Source of the DNA: Planctomycetota bacterium
GTDB lineage: Bacteria > Planctomycetota > SZUA-567 > H5-PLA8
Reading direction: 5' to 3'
Length of the DNA stretch: 64,000 nucleotides
Assembly (NCBI GenBank): GCA_038227875.1
Contig: JBBRPR010000018.1
Coordinates: 64,001-128,000 of the forward strand
Shown here piece after piece: positions 22,378 through 32,746 of the stretch (within the stretch, counting starts at the first letter, position 1; each line of letters begins with the position of its first letter). Position numbers and translations under genes: made by a program. The notes beneath the pieces were generated by a model. That model did no database searches. It was not told the DNA's origin and saw only the letters and a program-made list of their open reading frames with translations.

Positions 22378-23703
22378 TTACTTCGACCGGTTCAGGCTCC
22401 ACTTCAGCAGCGGCGGCGTGATCATGGTCGTCACGATCACCATGATCACGATGGCGGAGTAGACGGCTGGGTCGATCACCTTCTGGCCGTCGATGACCAG
22501 GCCGGCGCCGACGTTGGCGAAGATCAGACCGACTTCGCCGCGCGGGATCATGCCGAGGCCGATCGAGAGGCGGTCGATGGCCTTGCCGTCTTCGCCCTTC
22601 CCGATCGCGCCGAAGCCGCAGACTTGCTTGCCGAGAATCGCAGCGAGTGTCAACGCACCGGCGAGCACCAGTACGCCGGGTTCTGTAAACGAACGCAGGT
22701 CGGTGCGCAGGCCCATCACGACGAAGAAGATTGGCACCAGGAACGTTGAGATGGGATGGACGAGTGTTTCCAGCGTGTGTTCGCCGCGGCCGACAAAATC
22801 TTTGAAGTGAAAATCTTCGAGTATCAGGCCGGCGGCAAAAGCACCGACGATCGGCGCCAGGCCGATGTAGCTGGACAACCACGCAAGAATGAAACAGAAC
22901 GACAATCCCACCGCGAGCAGCACACCGCGCGATTGGAATTTTGAGGCCAGGCCGAAGAGCTTCGGCGCCAGCCAGACTCCGGCGATCAGCGCTCCAACCA
23001 GAAAACCGACTGCCTTGCCGACGATGAGCGCGATGCCCGCATAGGAAACGCCGCCGCCCTGCCCCGCTCCAACGGCCGTGATGATCCCACCGACCACGGC
23101 GAGAATGATCAGGCCCATGACGTCGTCGATCACGGCCGCGCCGAGGATAATCCGGGCTTCGTACGTCTGCGCGCGTTTCAGGTCCTTGAGCACGCGCGCG
23201 GTGATGCCCACGCTGGTGGCGCAGAGCGTCGCGCCGAGAAATGCGTGCGCGTACACGCTTTCATTTGGCAGCAACCAGGCTCCGGCGCCCCAGCCGAGCG
23301 CAAACGGTACGATGACGCCGATGGTCGCGACCAGGAAAGACGAGACGCCGACTTTCAACATCTGCGCGACGGTCGATTCGAGCCCGACTTCGAAGAGCAG
23401 GATTAGTACGCCCAAATGAGCCAGCATGTCGATGGACGCATCGTTTTTGATCGCGTCGAAAAACGTAAAGCCGCTCAACGACACGTTGCCCAACACCACG
23501 CCGGCGAGCAGTTCTCCCAGCACGGCCGGTTGGCCCAAGCGTTCGACGATCTCGCCGCCGATCTTCGCGGCGATGAGGATGATGGCCAGATACAAGACCA
23601 CCGTACCGGTTGTGTCCGTTGGCATTGAGGCGTCGGCAGCAGCGTGGAGGTGGGGCGAAAAAATACACAGCAGAAAAGCGGCGTACTTCAAGAATCGAAC
23701 CAT
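22378..23703 (-). CDS. Cation:proton antiporter (CPA2/NapA-like)
   Basis: Many TM helices; LGELLAG, ATSVGIT, AAVIDD and GMIPRGEV motifs. Confidence 0.93.
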   Translation of the reverse strand: MVRFLKYAAFLLCIFSPHLHAAADASMPTDTTGTVVLYLAIILIAAKIGGEIVERLGQPAVLGELLAGVVLGNVSLSGFTFFDAIKNDASIDMLAHLGVLILLFEVGLESTVAQMLKVGVSSFLVATIGVIVPFALGWGAGAWLLPNESVYAHAFLGATLCATSVGITARVLKDLKRAQTYEARIILGAAVIDDVMGLIILAVVGGIITAVGAGQGGGVSYAGIALIVGKAVGFLVGALIAGVWLAPKLFGLASKFQSRGVLLAVGLSFCFILAWLSSYIGLAPIVGAFAAGLILEDFHFKDFVGRGEHTLETLVHPISTFLVPIFFVVMGLRTDLRSFTEPGVLVLAGALTLAAILGKQVCGFGAIGKGEDGKAIDRLSIGLGMIPRGEVGLIFANVGAGLVIDGQKVIDPAVYSAIVIMVIVTTMITPPLLKWSLNRSK

Positions 23704-23808
23704 GGCCACTCCGTCAAAATCGCGGTTGCGATTTTTGAACGGATGGCGGCCCGACCATCCCAATACCTGCGGCGGAAAATCGCCGCACCCTTTGAATGAA
23801 CTAACCGT

Positions 23809-24864
23809 TCAAACTTTCTTGTCGTTCTGCGGTGCTTTCTTTGCGAGCAGATCGCCGAACAACGTATCCGCGCGGTGCTGCAGCGACGGATCGGTAAAGC
23901 GCTTGGAGTCCATTGCTTCCCCCTTCTGATGGAGGAAGTGTTCTTTCACGTAGTTACCAAGGGTCACGTTCGTGGGGCCGTAGCCCTTATGATACATGTA
24001 ATATTCCAGCGCGACGCCCATCTCACCAGCGGTCTGGTAGCGCTTGGTGAGATCGCGTTCCAGCGAGCGCATGAGAATGTCGCTGAGCATGTCGGGCAGA
24101 TCGGCGCGGTACTGCTTGGGGTGCGGGATCGGTGCTTCCTTGACATTCTCGAGCGTCTGGTAGATGTCTTCGGTTTCGAAAATGTGATGTCCGGTCAGCA
24201 ATTCGTACATGACGATGCCGAGCGCAAAGAGGTCCGAGCGACGGTCGGTGGCTTCGTACCGCGCCTGTTCCGGCGACATGTACTCAACCTTGCCCATCAG
24301 CACTTCGCCTTCTTCCTGCTCCATCACCATGCGGGCCTTGGCGATGCCGAAGTCGGTCAGCTTCACTACGCCTTCGTTGTTGATCATGACGTTTTTCGGG
24401 GAGACGTCACGGTGGACGATGTTGAGGTGATCGCCGTCGCGACCGCGTTTGTTGTGCGCGTATTCCAGACCGCGACAGACGCGGCTGATGATGAACGCAC
24501 CGAGCTCCACCGGCAGGATCAGGCCCGCGTTCAAATGGTAGTCGATGAACTGCTCGAGATTCAGGCCTTCGACGTACTCGAGGGCGATGTAGTAAATGTT
24601 CCCGGTACGGCCGAGATGGTAGACCTGTACGATGTTTTCGTGGACAAGGTCGGCCACCAGTTTCGCTTCGCCGATGAAGAGGCGCACGAATTCTGGATTG
24701 GTCGAAAAGCTCTCCAGAATGGTTTTAACGGCGACCGTTTTTTCGAAACCCTCAGCGCCAAATTGCTTGGCCTCATAGACAGCACCCATTCCGCCTTCAG
24801 CCAGACGGCGGACCATGGAGTACGTCTTGGTTTCGGTAATATTCGAGAATTCTGATTCGGCCAT
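23809..24864 (-). CDS. Cytoplasmic Ser/Thr protein kinase
   Basis: EGGMGAVY, VAVK, HRDVSPKN, DFGIAK and YMSPEQ motifs; no TM segment. Confidence 0.95.
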   Translation of the reverse strand: MAESEFSNITETKTYSMVRRLAEGGMGAVYEAKQFGAEGFEKTVAVKTILESFSTNPEFVRLFIGEAKLVADLVHENIVQVYHLGRTGNIYYIALEYVEGLNLEQFIDYHLNAGLILPVELGAFIISRVCRGLEYAHNKRGRDGDHLNIVHRDVSPKNVMINNEGVVKLTDFGIAKARMVMEQEEGEVLMGKVEYMSPEQARYEATDRRSDLFALGIVMYELLTGHHIFETEDIYQTLENVKEAPIPHPKQYRADLPDMLSDILMRSLERDLTKRYQTAGEMGVALEYYMYHKGYGPTNVTLGNYVKEHFLHQKGEAMDSKRFTDPSLQHRADTLFGDLLAKKAPQNDKKV

Positions 24865-25035
24865 GGAGGCCCCGTGTAAGAGTATTCGCACGCTTTGCTT
24901 ACGTGAGCTCACCGACCCCAAATCGGCGGGCGAACACTGAGTGGAATGCGCACGTGAAACAGAATTTGCTCGATGTGATGCGATAAGTCAAGAACTAAAG
25001 AGCGCGGTGTGCGATTTGCACACCGCGCATTGCCA

Positions 25036-26835
25036 TTAGTTGGAATTGCCACCGGGGATTGCGTGACCGTTCTTACCCGTGCCCTTCACGCCAGACTGTG
25101 CCTTGTACTGATAGCGCACGAAAGTCACGATCGGCGCATTGGCACCCACTGTCACGGTCAACTTTGCGTCCACGCTGCCGTTGTCGATGGTCTGATTGAT
25201 GAGTCCCAGGGCCGTCTTCAGGCTTGAAGCTTTCAGGCCAAGCTTGATGATGCGCTTGCGCGGATCGAAGCTGAAGGAAATTTGCGAGCTGCGGAAGCGG
25301 CCTTTGCTGTCGGTGGTGAAGGTCGGCAGCGCCACTGACGTGCCGGTCTTCGTACCGATGGCGATTGTGATCGGCACGCTGTTGAAGGTATCCACGGCCG
25401 TATCGGACGTCAGCTGCACCGTGGCCGAGAGCTTGTCTGCGTTCTGCTTGGCAAAGCTCACGGTGAACTGGCTGGCCGCAGCGGTCAAGGAGCCTGAAAC
25501 CTGCACGAAGAAGAAGTCCTGAGCCAATTGCGGATCGAAGCGGTGATTGGGATCAGGTTCCGTACCGTATCCGGTGAACTGCTGATAGAACGCCTTGATT
25601 GACGTCAGCGCGCCAAATGGGTCGTTGGAGTTCGGCACTGCCGGCAACGGGTAAGGCAACGGTGTCGAAAGATTCGCCGGGGGCGGATTGGGATTCGGTA
25701 CGGGCGTGGTGGGATTGGTGATCAATCGACCGTTGTCGATGACCGTCAACGTAACCTTGTAGGTTCCCGGCGCGCTGTAGAGATGGCTGGTTGGAATACC
25801 TGGCAGATTGAAGCCGTTCGGCGGCGGCACAATTGGATTGGGCAGCAGCGGCACAAACAGAGGCTGAACCACATTGGCAGCCGGAGCAGGAGCAGCGGGC
25901 TGGCGGACCAGCTCGGAGATGCCGTCACCCCAGTCGATCGCGGCCCACAGAATGTAACCGTCCGGATCGAAACTGTTGCTGGCGGTGATCGTCAACGGAA
26001 CGCCGTTGGCCGTGGGCGACGAGCCAATATTCTGGATGCTGGGCTTGGGGGGCTGATTGGCATTCGAAATCTGCACCGATCCCGTCGAAAACGCGGAATT
26101 ACCTGGCGTGACCACGCTGATGGTGAACGGGCCAGTGCTGGTGATCGTGACGGGATTGCTGAGCGTAATCGTGCTTGCGGTGAAGGAGAGCACCGTGGTG
26201 TTTGCGGGAACGCCGACGCCATTCACGGTCGCGCTTGCGGAAACGCCCGTGGTGCTGACGATGCCGGTGAGAACCGCAGAGCCAGACGTCGCCGTGGCGT
26301 TAACCACGACGTTCGTCTGAACAAAAATCTGGATCGTCAACTTTGGACCTGTATTCTTTGCTCCCGTTGTGTTGGGAATACCCGCGTTCGAGGGTGCAAA
26401 AATGCCTTCGGTTGTGTAGATGTGGGAAATCGGCCTCAGCAGCAGCGCCAGGTTTGCAGGCGTGGCTGGCAGTGGCACCGGGCTGGGCTGAAAGAGTGAC
26501 GGCGACGGATCGCCGAAATCCCATGTCACCAGATAGAGATACGTCTGATTGGGATTGGGCGACTCGGGCAGATAGGACCACGACGGGTCAAAGGTAACCG
26601 AAGTGCCCAGTGGCGTGGACGGAACTACGTTTGTTGGAATGGGCGCCTGCAGCGATGTGGGCGAACTGCCGCCACCCAAATTCTGAGTGAAGGCGGGAAC
26701 AAGATCGGGCCCCTGTCCTCCCACCAAGGCATGGGCGGAGCGGGATTGGACCGCAAAGGCGCAAACCAGCAGCAGCGCCAAGGTGCTCCCTATAAAAGAA
26801 AAAGACCCACGGGCTACCGTCGGTTGATCGTGCAT
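25036..26835 (-). CDS. Exported PKD-domain protein
   Basis: Signal peptide. PKD signatures WDFGD...HIYTTEG and SFDPDG...IDWGDG...HLYSAPGTYKVTLTVIDN. Lys-rich beta-type C-terminal domain. Confidence 0.8.
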   Translation of the reverse strand: MHDQPTVARGSFSFIGSTLALLLVCAFAVQSRSAHALVGGQGPDLVPAFTQNLGGGSSPTSLQAPIPTNVVPSTPLGTSVTFDPSWSYLPESPNPNQTYLYLVTWDFGDPSPSLFQPSPVPLPATPANLALLLRPISHIYTTEGIFAPSNAGIPNTTGAKNTGPKLTIQIFVQTNVVVNATATSGSAVLTGIVSTTGVSASATVNGVGVPANTTVLSFTASTITLSNPVTITSTGPFTISVVTPGNSAFSTGSVQISNANQPPKPSIQNIGSSPTANGVPLTITASNSFDPDGYILWAAIDWGDGISELVRQPAAPAPAANVVQPLFVPLLPNPIVPPPNGFNLPGIPTSHLYSAPGTYKVTLTVIDNGRLITNPTTPVPNPNPPPANLSTPLPYPLPAVPNSNDPFGALTSIKAFYQQFTGYGTEPDPNHRFDPQLAQDFFFVQVSGSLTAAASQFTVSFAKQNADKLSATVQLTSDTAVDTFNSVPITIAIGTKTGTSVALPTFTTDSKGRFRSSQISFSFDPRKRIIKLGLKASSLKTALGLINQTIDNGSVDAKLTVTVGANAPIVTFVRYQYKAQSGVKGTGKNGHAIPGGNSN

Positions 26836-26900
26836 TCATCCACTCCCTATTAAACGTCGTCCGGCTCCGGCGATGCGCCGGAGCCGGACAGCGATTACAA

Positions 26901-29900
26901 TTACTGCCCTGCACTCTTAATGAAAACGTCACCACCGTTTTTACCGGTCGACTTCGTCACGGTGAAGCGTGTTGTTGCGGTGATCGTACTGCCACTGTCT
27001 GGCGTAATCGTGAAGCCGAGAACGAGCGTTTGCGACAGCAACGTCGGATCCAGTCCCACCACGCCGTTATCCAGCGCGAAAGACTTGAACGAGAAGCCAC
27101 CGGCACCATTGGTCCACGTCAACGATTCCACGCCCGTCGTGCCCAGACCCTTCGAGCGCTTGAACGTGAAGACATTACCCTTGACCTTGAACGTCGGCGT
27201 GTTGGTAAAGTTCAACGCTTCCGAGAAGCCCACTCCAGCGGGATTGGACTGTGACGCCAGCGAGATAACCACATCCGATGTCGGGCTCGGGCGGAAGTCA
27301 TCGCCACCCGGCCGAATCAGCAAACCGGCAACATTGACGAAGAGGTCCTTGCCCTGCAGCGTGAGCACGGCATTGGTGAGAATGAATCCACCGGTGATGA
27401 ACTCTTCCTTGGCCACTGGCGCTCCGACCTTGGGGGGCAGCAGTGCATTCTTGTTACCGTTCTTGTCCGTGGCATGACCGCGGACCTTGCCGATGAATTC
27501 AAAGGCATGACCGAGTGTGTAGAGTCCTGCACCCTTTCCGCCCACGAAGCCGGCCGGAACCGTCAACGTTCCGGAAGAGGTGCTCGTGCCGATGCCCGTG
27601 GACGTGTTCGTTGAGGTCGGGGCGCGATTGGGCAGTGTGGAGTTCAGGAAACGCGACGTGTAGGCATGCGTGACAACCACCGGCGGAGACGAGACGAGAT
27701 CCTGAATCTCCACATGGTAGGCCGTGGCAATGCGGCGAGCCGTGGCCTGGGACTGATTCTTGGCGTTCAGATTCGAGCTCTGATTGGCGCCATTCAAGCC
27801 CGGCAGCCCCAGCGAGCCGGACAGATTCTTCTTCACATTCATGGAGAACGTGCCTGCCGGCAGGTTCAGTTTGAAGTTACCCACATTGCCCGTTGCGGCG
27901 TCGCCCTGTGTGGCAGCTCCGCTTTCATCCAGCGTACCCACGAAGACCGGATCAACGCCGTTGACCACCACGCGGACAGGGTGACCGGCAACATCGGAAA
28001 GCGTCACGCCCGGCATGTTCAGCAAACCACTGCAGTTCAACGTATCATTGTCTGGATTGCGCGGCGTAGTCGTGTCATTGGGAGCATTCAGCGGCAGCTT
28101 GCCGGTCCAATCGATATTGAAGGCCGACTTCGTCACGATCATCACGTCTTGGACAGACTGGTTCGGATCTGTGACAAAGGTGAAGACTGTGCCCACGCCT
28201 GAAGTGCCAAGCCCGGAGCCCACGTCCAACGCGGTGTAGGTGACCGTGGTTTTATACAGCCCCGCCAGGTCGAAGCGATAGTGAGCAATGCTGGAGTTGA
28301 AACCCGAGCCTGTGATCGGCCCCGGCTGTCCCGCCAGCGTCGCCACCGTCGTGAACTGACCGGGCTCGTTGTTGTAACCCAGCTGATCAATCTGCCACGT
28401 CGAACCCGTGAGTGACAAATTCGGGTCAACCGGCGTGCGTGCTTCGAAATCCACTTCCAGGGGCGCCGGTCCGCCTTGCGGCGTAGCGGAGACCACGACA
28501 GTCGGAACTTCGCAGACCTGAACCGTCAGCGTACCACCATAAGGTGTGACGTTTCCAAACTGGTCCTGAATCTGCAGCTGCACACTAAAGACACCTTCCG
28601 ATGAGAACGTATGGCAGGTGTTTGCCGTAAACGCTTCACCACCCTGGCCGCCCGGGACGCCGGTGGGCTGAGGATTGTCGTCGAACGTCCAGTGGAATCC
28701 GAATCCGGGTGGAACAGGACTCTGATTATTCACCTTTAAGCAGTCTGGAATACGCGTATCGATCTGAGCCTGGAAGCAGACGGTCAACGGAGCGCATCCA
28801 CTGAGCGCGCTATTCAGAACGCGGATCTTCGAAATCGGCGAGAGCTGGAACGTCAACGACGTACCCGGCTGAATCGTCGTGTTCGAGCCGCTGGAATTGG
28901 TCGGATTGTTGGGATTCAACTGCGGATTGTTATTCACCTGATTGGGATCGACGTTGAAGTTCGTATTCTGATTGTTGCCCGACTGCGTCTGTCCATTGAT
29001 CGACGAGTTGTAGCAATACTGGATACCCACGGAGCCGGAGGGATCCTGGATGCCAACGCTGGCCAAGCCCAAATCCGTGTCGCCCTGCTGACCAATGATG
29101 AAGGTGATCTGGCTATCGCACTCATGAAGGATCAGATTGAAGCTGATCACCTGGTTGGCATCGGACGAGCGGGTATAGCTCATGCGGTGCCATTCGATGT
29201 TCAGATTGCGGCTCGGAGCCACGCCGTCCACATAGTAGTAGATGCCTGATGCGTCGCTGTTTCCGGTGGATCCCTGTCCGGCATTCGTCACCGTGCCGCT
29301 CAGGTCGTGGAACTTCAGGTCGGCCCAGTAAGGGGCAAAGTACACGTCCGGGTCCGGCGGAGCAGGAATCGCTTTGTTCGGAACATCGAAACAGGGCGAA
29401 TCGTTCGGGTCGAGCGGATCGTACTTTGGGAACGGCGGATCGAAACCAGCCCAACCGTCCAAATGCACAAAGAGGAAGGAACCGGCGGGATAGGTCGTGC
29501 CGTAGTAGGTAAAGTTGAAGGGCATCGCAATGTGGCCGTAGGACTGATTCTGCTTCGTCGGATCGGTACCGCAGTTGTCTTCAATCGGCATGCGCGTGCC
29601 ACCGGAGTGAGCCGGAACCAGCGGCGCCGTGCCCAACGCGCCGATGTAGATCGGCGGACTGCCGTCGGCCAAACCAAACGCACCCAGATTCGGATCGATC
29701 GTCACGGGGTATGCGCGCTTGTTGCTCGTCAGCCACTTGCCGGAGGTCGCAATTCCCAGCTTCACGCCATCCTTGGTGAAGTCGACGATGTACTGACAGG
29801 AGGACTGACGATCGCTCATCTCGGCACCGGCCTGCTTGCGCTTGTCAAAGCGACCGTCCAGCGTGGTTACCGAAGAGTCATACGCAAAAGGCTGGCGCAG

Positions 29901-30617
29901 GACGAAGACCGTGTTGTTGAATTTGTTCTTCAGTTCAATGCGGTGAGTGGTGACGTAGTGATTGGTGATCTGCTTGCCATTGTCCCACAGCGTCAGGTCG
30001 CCGATCTGCAACAGGCCTGTGTAAACCAGCGTGTCGGCGCTCTCGAGATGCAGCGGAGCCTGCTGAAGGACGATGTCGTGTTCGATGCCGCCGTCCTGGC
30101 GAATGTAGAAGCGTTCGTCGGTTCCGGCATACGTGTTGGTGAAAGCAAAGCGATTGTCGTGGCCTTCCTTGTCCAGCTTGCCGACGCAGTCGTTGGCGCC
30201 GTAGGCGTGGAGCACCGCGTCGCCGCGGCGAATTTCCTGGCTCTGCGGCAGCCACTGGACGCTGGCGTTGAACTGCAGCGGGTACGTGGACTTCATGCCT
30301 TCCGCATAGCGGGTCGCCACGCGATGGACCAGCGTGTCGTTCTTGTTCTCGACGCCGCCGTCGGCAAGTTTCAAAGTTGTCTTCTCGCCGAGTTGCTCGA
30401 CGAGCTTATCAAAGGCATCCGACCGTGACTTCTGGTCGGAGCTGCTGGACGCAGGCGAAGACACAGCCATCGCGCTCGCGTCAGTACCTGACGTGGCCCG
30501 CGAGGTTGAGGAAAAGGACTTCGTTCCATCTGCGTTGGCTGTTTTGAAGACAACACGCCCCAAACCGAGGGCTGCGCAAAACGCGATGAGTGAAGCCAAG
30601 ATGACCTTACGATCCAT
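26901..30617 (-). CDS. Large exported multi-domain protein with PKD-like domains
   Basis: N-terminal hydrophobic segment from MDRKV, WL...RAYPVTIDP motif, MPFNFTYYG domain, and PKD-like GCAPLTVCF...WTFDD and GPAPLEVDF. Confidence 0.75.
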   Translation of the reverse strand: MDRKVILASLIAFCAALGLGRVVFKTANADGTKSFSSTSRATSGTDASAMAVSSPASSSSDQKSRSDAFDKLVEQLGEKTTLKLADGGVENKNDTLVHRVATRYAEGMKSTYPLQFNASVQWLPQSQEIRRGDAVLHAYGANDCVGKLDKEGHDNRFAFTNTYAGTDERFYIRQDGGIEHDIVLQQAPLHLESADTLVYTGLLQIGDLTLWDNGKQITNHYVTTHRIELKNKFNNTVFVLRQPFAYDSSVTTLDGRFDKRKQAGAEMSDRQSSCQYIVDFTKDGVKLGIATSGKWLTSNKRAYPVTIDPNLGAFGLADGSPPIYIGALGTAPLVPAHSGGTRMPIEDNCGTDPTKQNQSYGHIAMPFNFTYYGTTYPAGSFLFVHLDGWAGFDPPFPKYDPLDPNDSPCFDVPNKAIPAPPDPDVYFAPYWADLKFHDLSGTVTNAGQGSTGNSDASGIYYYVDGVAPSRNLNIEWHRMSYTRSSDANQVISFNLILHECDSQITFIIGQQGDTDLGLASVGIQDPSGSVGIQYCYNSSINGQTQSGNNQNTNFNVDPNQVNNNPQLNPNNPTNSSGSNTTIQPGTSLTFQLSPISKIRVLNSALSGCAPLTVCFQAQIDTRIPDCLKVNNQSPVPPGFGFHWTFDDNPQPTGVPGGQGGEAFTANTCHTFSSEGVFSVQLQIQDQFGNVTPYGGTLTVQVCEVPTVVVSATPQGGPAPLEVDFEARTPVDPNLSLTGSTWQIDQLGYNNEPGQFTTVATLAGQPGPITGSGFNSSIAHYRFDLAGLYKTTVTYTALDVGSGLGTSGVGTVFTFVTDPNQSVQDVMIVTKSAFNIDWTGKLPLNAPNDTTTPRNPDNDTLNCSGLLNMPGVTLSDVAGHPVRVVVNGVDPVFVGTLDESGAATQGDAATGNVGNFKLNLPAGTFSMNVKKNLSGSLGLPGLNGANQSSNLNAKNQSQATARRIATAYHVEIQDLVSSPPVVVTHAYTSRFLNSTLPNRAPTSTNTSTGIGTSTSSGTLTVPAGFVGGKGAGLYTLGHAFEFIGKVRGHATDKNGNKNALLPPKVGAPVAKEEFITGGFILTNAVLTLQGKDLFVNVAGLLIRPGGDDFRPSPTSDVVISLASQSNPAGVGFSEALNFTNTPTFKVKGNVFTFKRSKGLGTTGVESLTWTNGAGGFSFKSFALDNGVVGLDPTLLSQTLVLGFTITPDSGSTITATTRFTVTKSTGKNGGDVFIKSAGQ

Positions 30618-30900
30618 TGAGTATTTCCTCCGCCAGACCCCGTCTCCTGCGAAACGTGCAGGCAACTTGCACACACGACGCGGACCGGCCCTAAAAACTG
30701 CGTCGAAATCAACAAATCTTTGTAATGTATGTACCCTAATTATGTCTAAATCTGCTTTCCCTTCAACAGCAAAAAAGCACAAGGGAAACTAATTCGCAGA
30801 CCCACTTAGCAAGTGCCACCTAATGTGCCTAACGGTTACTGAAAAAACAGCAGGCGTGGTGACTATTCCAGCAGTATCATTCATGCACCATGTGTAGTCT

Positions 30901-30939
30901 AAAAACAACATCGGCATGAACGTCTGTTCATGCCGATGT
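30901..30939 (-). terminator. Intrinsic terminator of the PhyH gene
   Basis: 14-bp stem ACATCGGCATGAAC / GTTCATGCCGATGT followed by a T-rich tail on the minus strand. Confidence 0.8.
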
Positions 30940-30961
30940 AACTCATGATTTATAAACATGT

Positions 30962-31729
30962 TCAGTCACGCCGTAAGACTTCGCGGCAGTGCGTTTCGTC
31001 GTCGCCGGTGACCGTGTACGCCACCGTGTTCGCACGCCGATCCTGATTTGATCGGTTGCCATCCGAGCCGTGAATCACCAACGAGCCGAAAAATATGCAG
31101 TCTCCGGGCGCCATTGAAACTGGCACTGCTCCCTCGCGCGGTGCAAAATATCCTGGCAAAAATACGCCAAACGAGACGCCGTCTTTCCGATCGTGGGTCT
31201 GCAAGCCGCCTTTATGCGTTCCTGGTACGAATTGAATGCAACCGTTTTCCAGCGTCGCGGGGTCGATCGCCAACATGCAGTTCAGCTGCACAGGACGGTT
31301 CGTGCCACGCTTCCAGTAGGCATAATCCTGATGCCACGGAGTGACCGTGCCGTCTTTGGCGGCTTTCATCAGCAGCTTGCTATGAAAAAGCGAGATTTTG
31401 GGCCCGATCAACGCGGCCACAATGTCCAAAACTTCCTTCGAGCGAAGCACTGTGTTCAGACCCGGGCTGACTTTTTCTGAATGCATCAACTGCTTGATCA
31501 ACTTCGGCTGACCTTCGACCTGTTTCTCCCAGGAAACGTGTACGCCTTCGGGCGTGTGCTGAGCCATACGTTCATGCAGGGAATCGATTTCAGTCGCGAT
31601 CTGCTTCACCATCTCCGGCGAAATCAGGCCGCGTTTCAAAATAAATCCGTCGCGTTCGAACTGTTTGATTTCTTCTTCGCTCAACACCGACGTGCACGTT
31701 ACGGCGGGAAGGGTTGAAACACTGGTCAC
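30962..31729 (-). CDS. Phytanoyl-CoA dioxygenase (PhyH) family Fe(II)/2OG dioxygenase
   Basis: WHQDY, ENGCIQFVPGTH and IHGS.GN...R motifs. Confidence 0.9.
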   Translation of the reverse strand: MTSVSTLPAVTCTSVLSEEEIKQFERDGFILKRGLISPEMVKQIATEIDSLHERMAQHTPEGVHVSWEKQVEGQPKLIKQLMHSEKVSPGLNTVLRSKEVLDIVAALIGPKISLFHSKLLMKAAKDGTVTPWHQDYAYWKRGTNRPVQLNCMLAIDPATLENGCIQFVPGTHKGGLQTHDRKDGVSFGVFLPGYFAPREGAVPVSMAPGDCIFFGSLVIHGSDGNRSNQDRRANTVAYTVTGDDETHCREVLRRD

Positions 31730-31856
31730 GGGTATTATCCTCCGGATTTAACATGAGTTAGTTTACGTATCTTGCTCAACCGATGTATAATAACCCACGG
31801 AATGTCTAGGACATCAGGAGGCTTTTGCTAAAAACTTGGATAAAATTGCTCGAAAT

Positions 31857-32738
31857 ATGAAACTCTCCCCCGATTCTTTCCCGACCGTGGTGTTGCGCCG
31901 CGCCGCAGGCTTTTCCAGCGAACGTTCGCGGGCGCTCTGGTGGCATGTCCACGACCTGGCGCATCAGACCTGCGGCAGCGATTGGGGCTGCAGCCGAAAA
32001 TTCTATCCCGGGCATCAGATCATGTTCATGCTCACCGGCCGTGGGCACGGCACGTATGGCTCGTCAACCTGGACGGCAAAAATGCAGGACGCAGTACTGA
32101 TGGACCTGCGGACGCCACACACTTACTACTCCGATCCCACCGACCCGTGGGAAATGCTGTGGATTCGTTTTGATGGTCCTGGCCTCTCCGAAATTTTCAG
32201 CCGCCTGATCGAAGCAGCCGGATCGCCAGTGATTCCGTTTGCATCGCTGCCGCGCGTGAACGCGGATTTCGATGCCATCTTCACACTGCTTTCGGATCAT
32301 CCACCCGGTTACGACACATGGGCCTGGCATCATCTCACCGGCTTGATGGCCAACGTGACGGAGGGCTTGCAGCGCAAGGACACGGTCGCCGGTGCCACAC
32401 TGCAGGAAACTCCCGGCGGCATCGCGGCGGCGCTGGCGTTACTGCGTTCCGAACACACGCGGACTCTTTCGCTCGCGGAACTGGCGCACGCCGCACACAT
32501 GAGCCATTTTCATTTCACGCGGCGCTTCAAGCAGTCCACGGGGTTCACGCCGATGGAATATTTGGAGAAGTTCCGCATCAGCCGTGCGCAGGAATTGATC
32601 CTGTCCAATCCGGGGATGAGTTTTAAAGAGATCGCGCAGGCGTCGGGCTTCAGCGATCCGGCATACTTCAGCCGCATCTTCAGCAAGCGCATCGGCGTGT
32701 CACCGCGCGAATACCGGCGCAATCTCGGAAAAGTCTAA
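31857..32738 (+). CDS. AraC family transcriptional regulator
   Basis: C-terminal double HTH with GFSDPAYFSRIF; divergent from the PhyH gene. Confidence 0.92.
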   Translation: MKLSPDSFPTVVLRRAAGFSSERSRALWWHVHDLAHQTCGSDWGCSRKFYPGHQIMFMLTGRGHGTYGSSTWTAKMQDAVLMDLRTPHTYYSDPTDPWEMLWIRFDGPGLSEIFSRLIEAAGSPVIPFASLPRVNADFDAIFTLLSDHPPGYDTWAWHHLTGLMANVTEGLQRKDTVAGATLQETPGGIAAALALLRSEHTRTLSLAELAHAAHMSHFHFTRRFKQSTGFTPMEYLEKFRISRAQELILSNPGMSFKEIAQASGFSDPAYFSRIFSKRIGVSPREYRRNLGKV

Positions 32739-32746
32739 ATCCCCTT

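Noticed and set aside
21680..22882. 400-aa minus-strand ORF spanning scpB and the antiporter
   Set aside because: Overlaps two well-supported genes; Arg-rich composition typical of off-frame GC-rich sequence.
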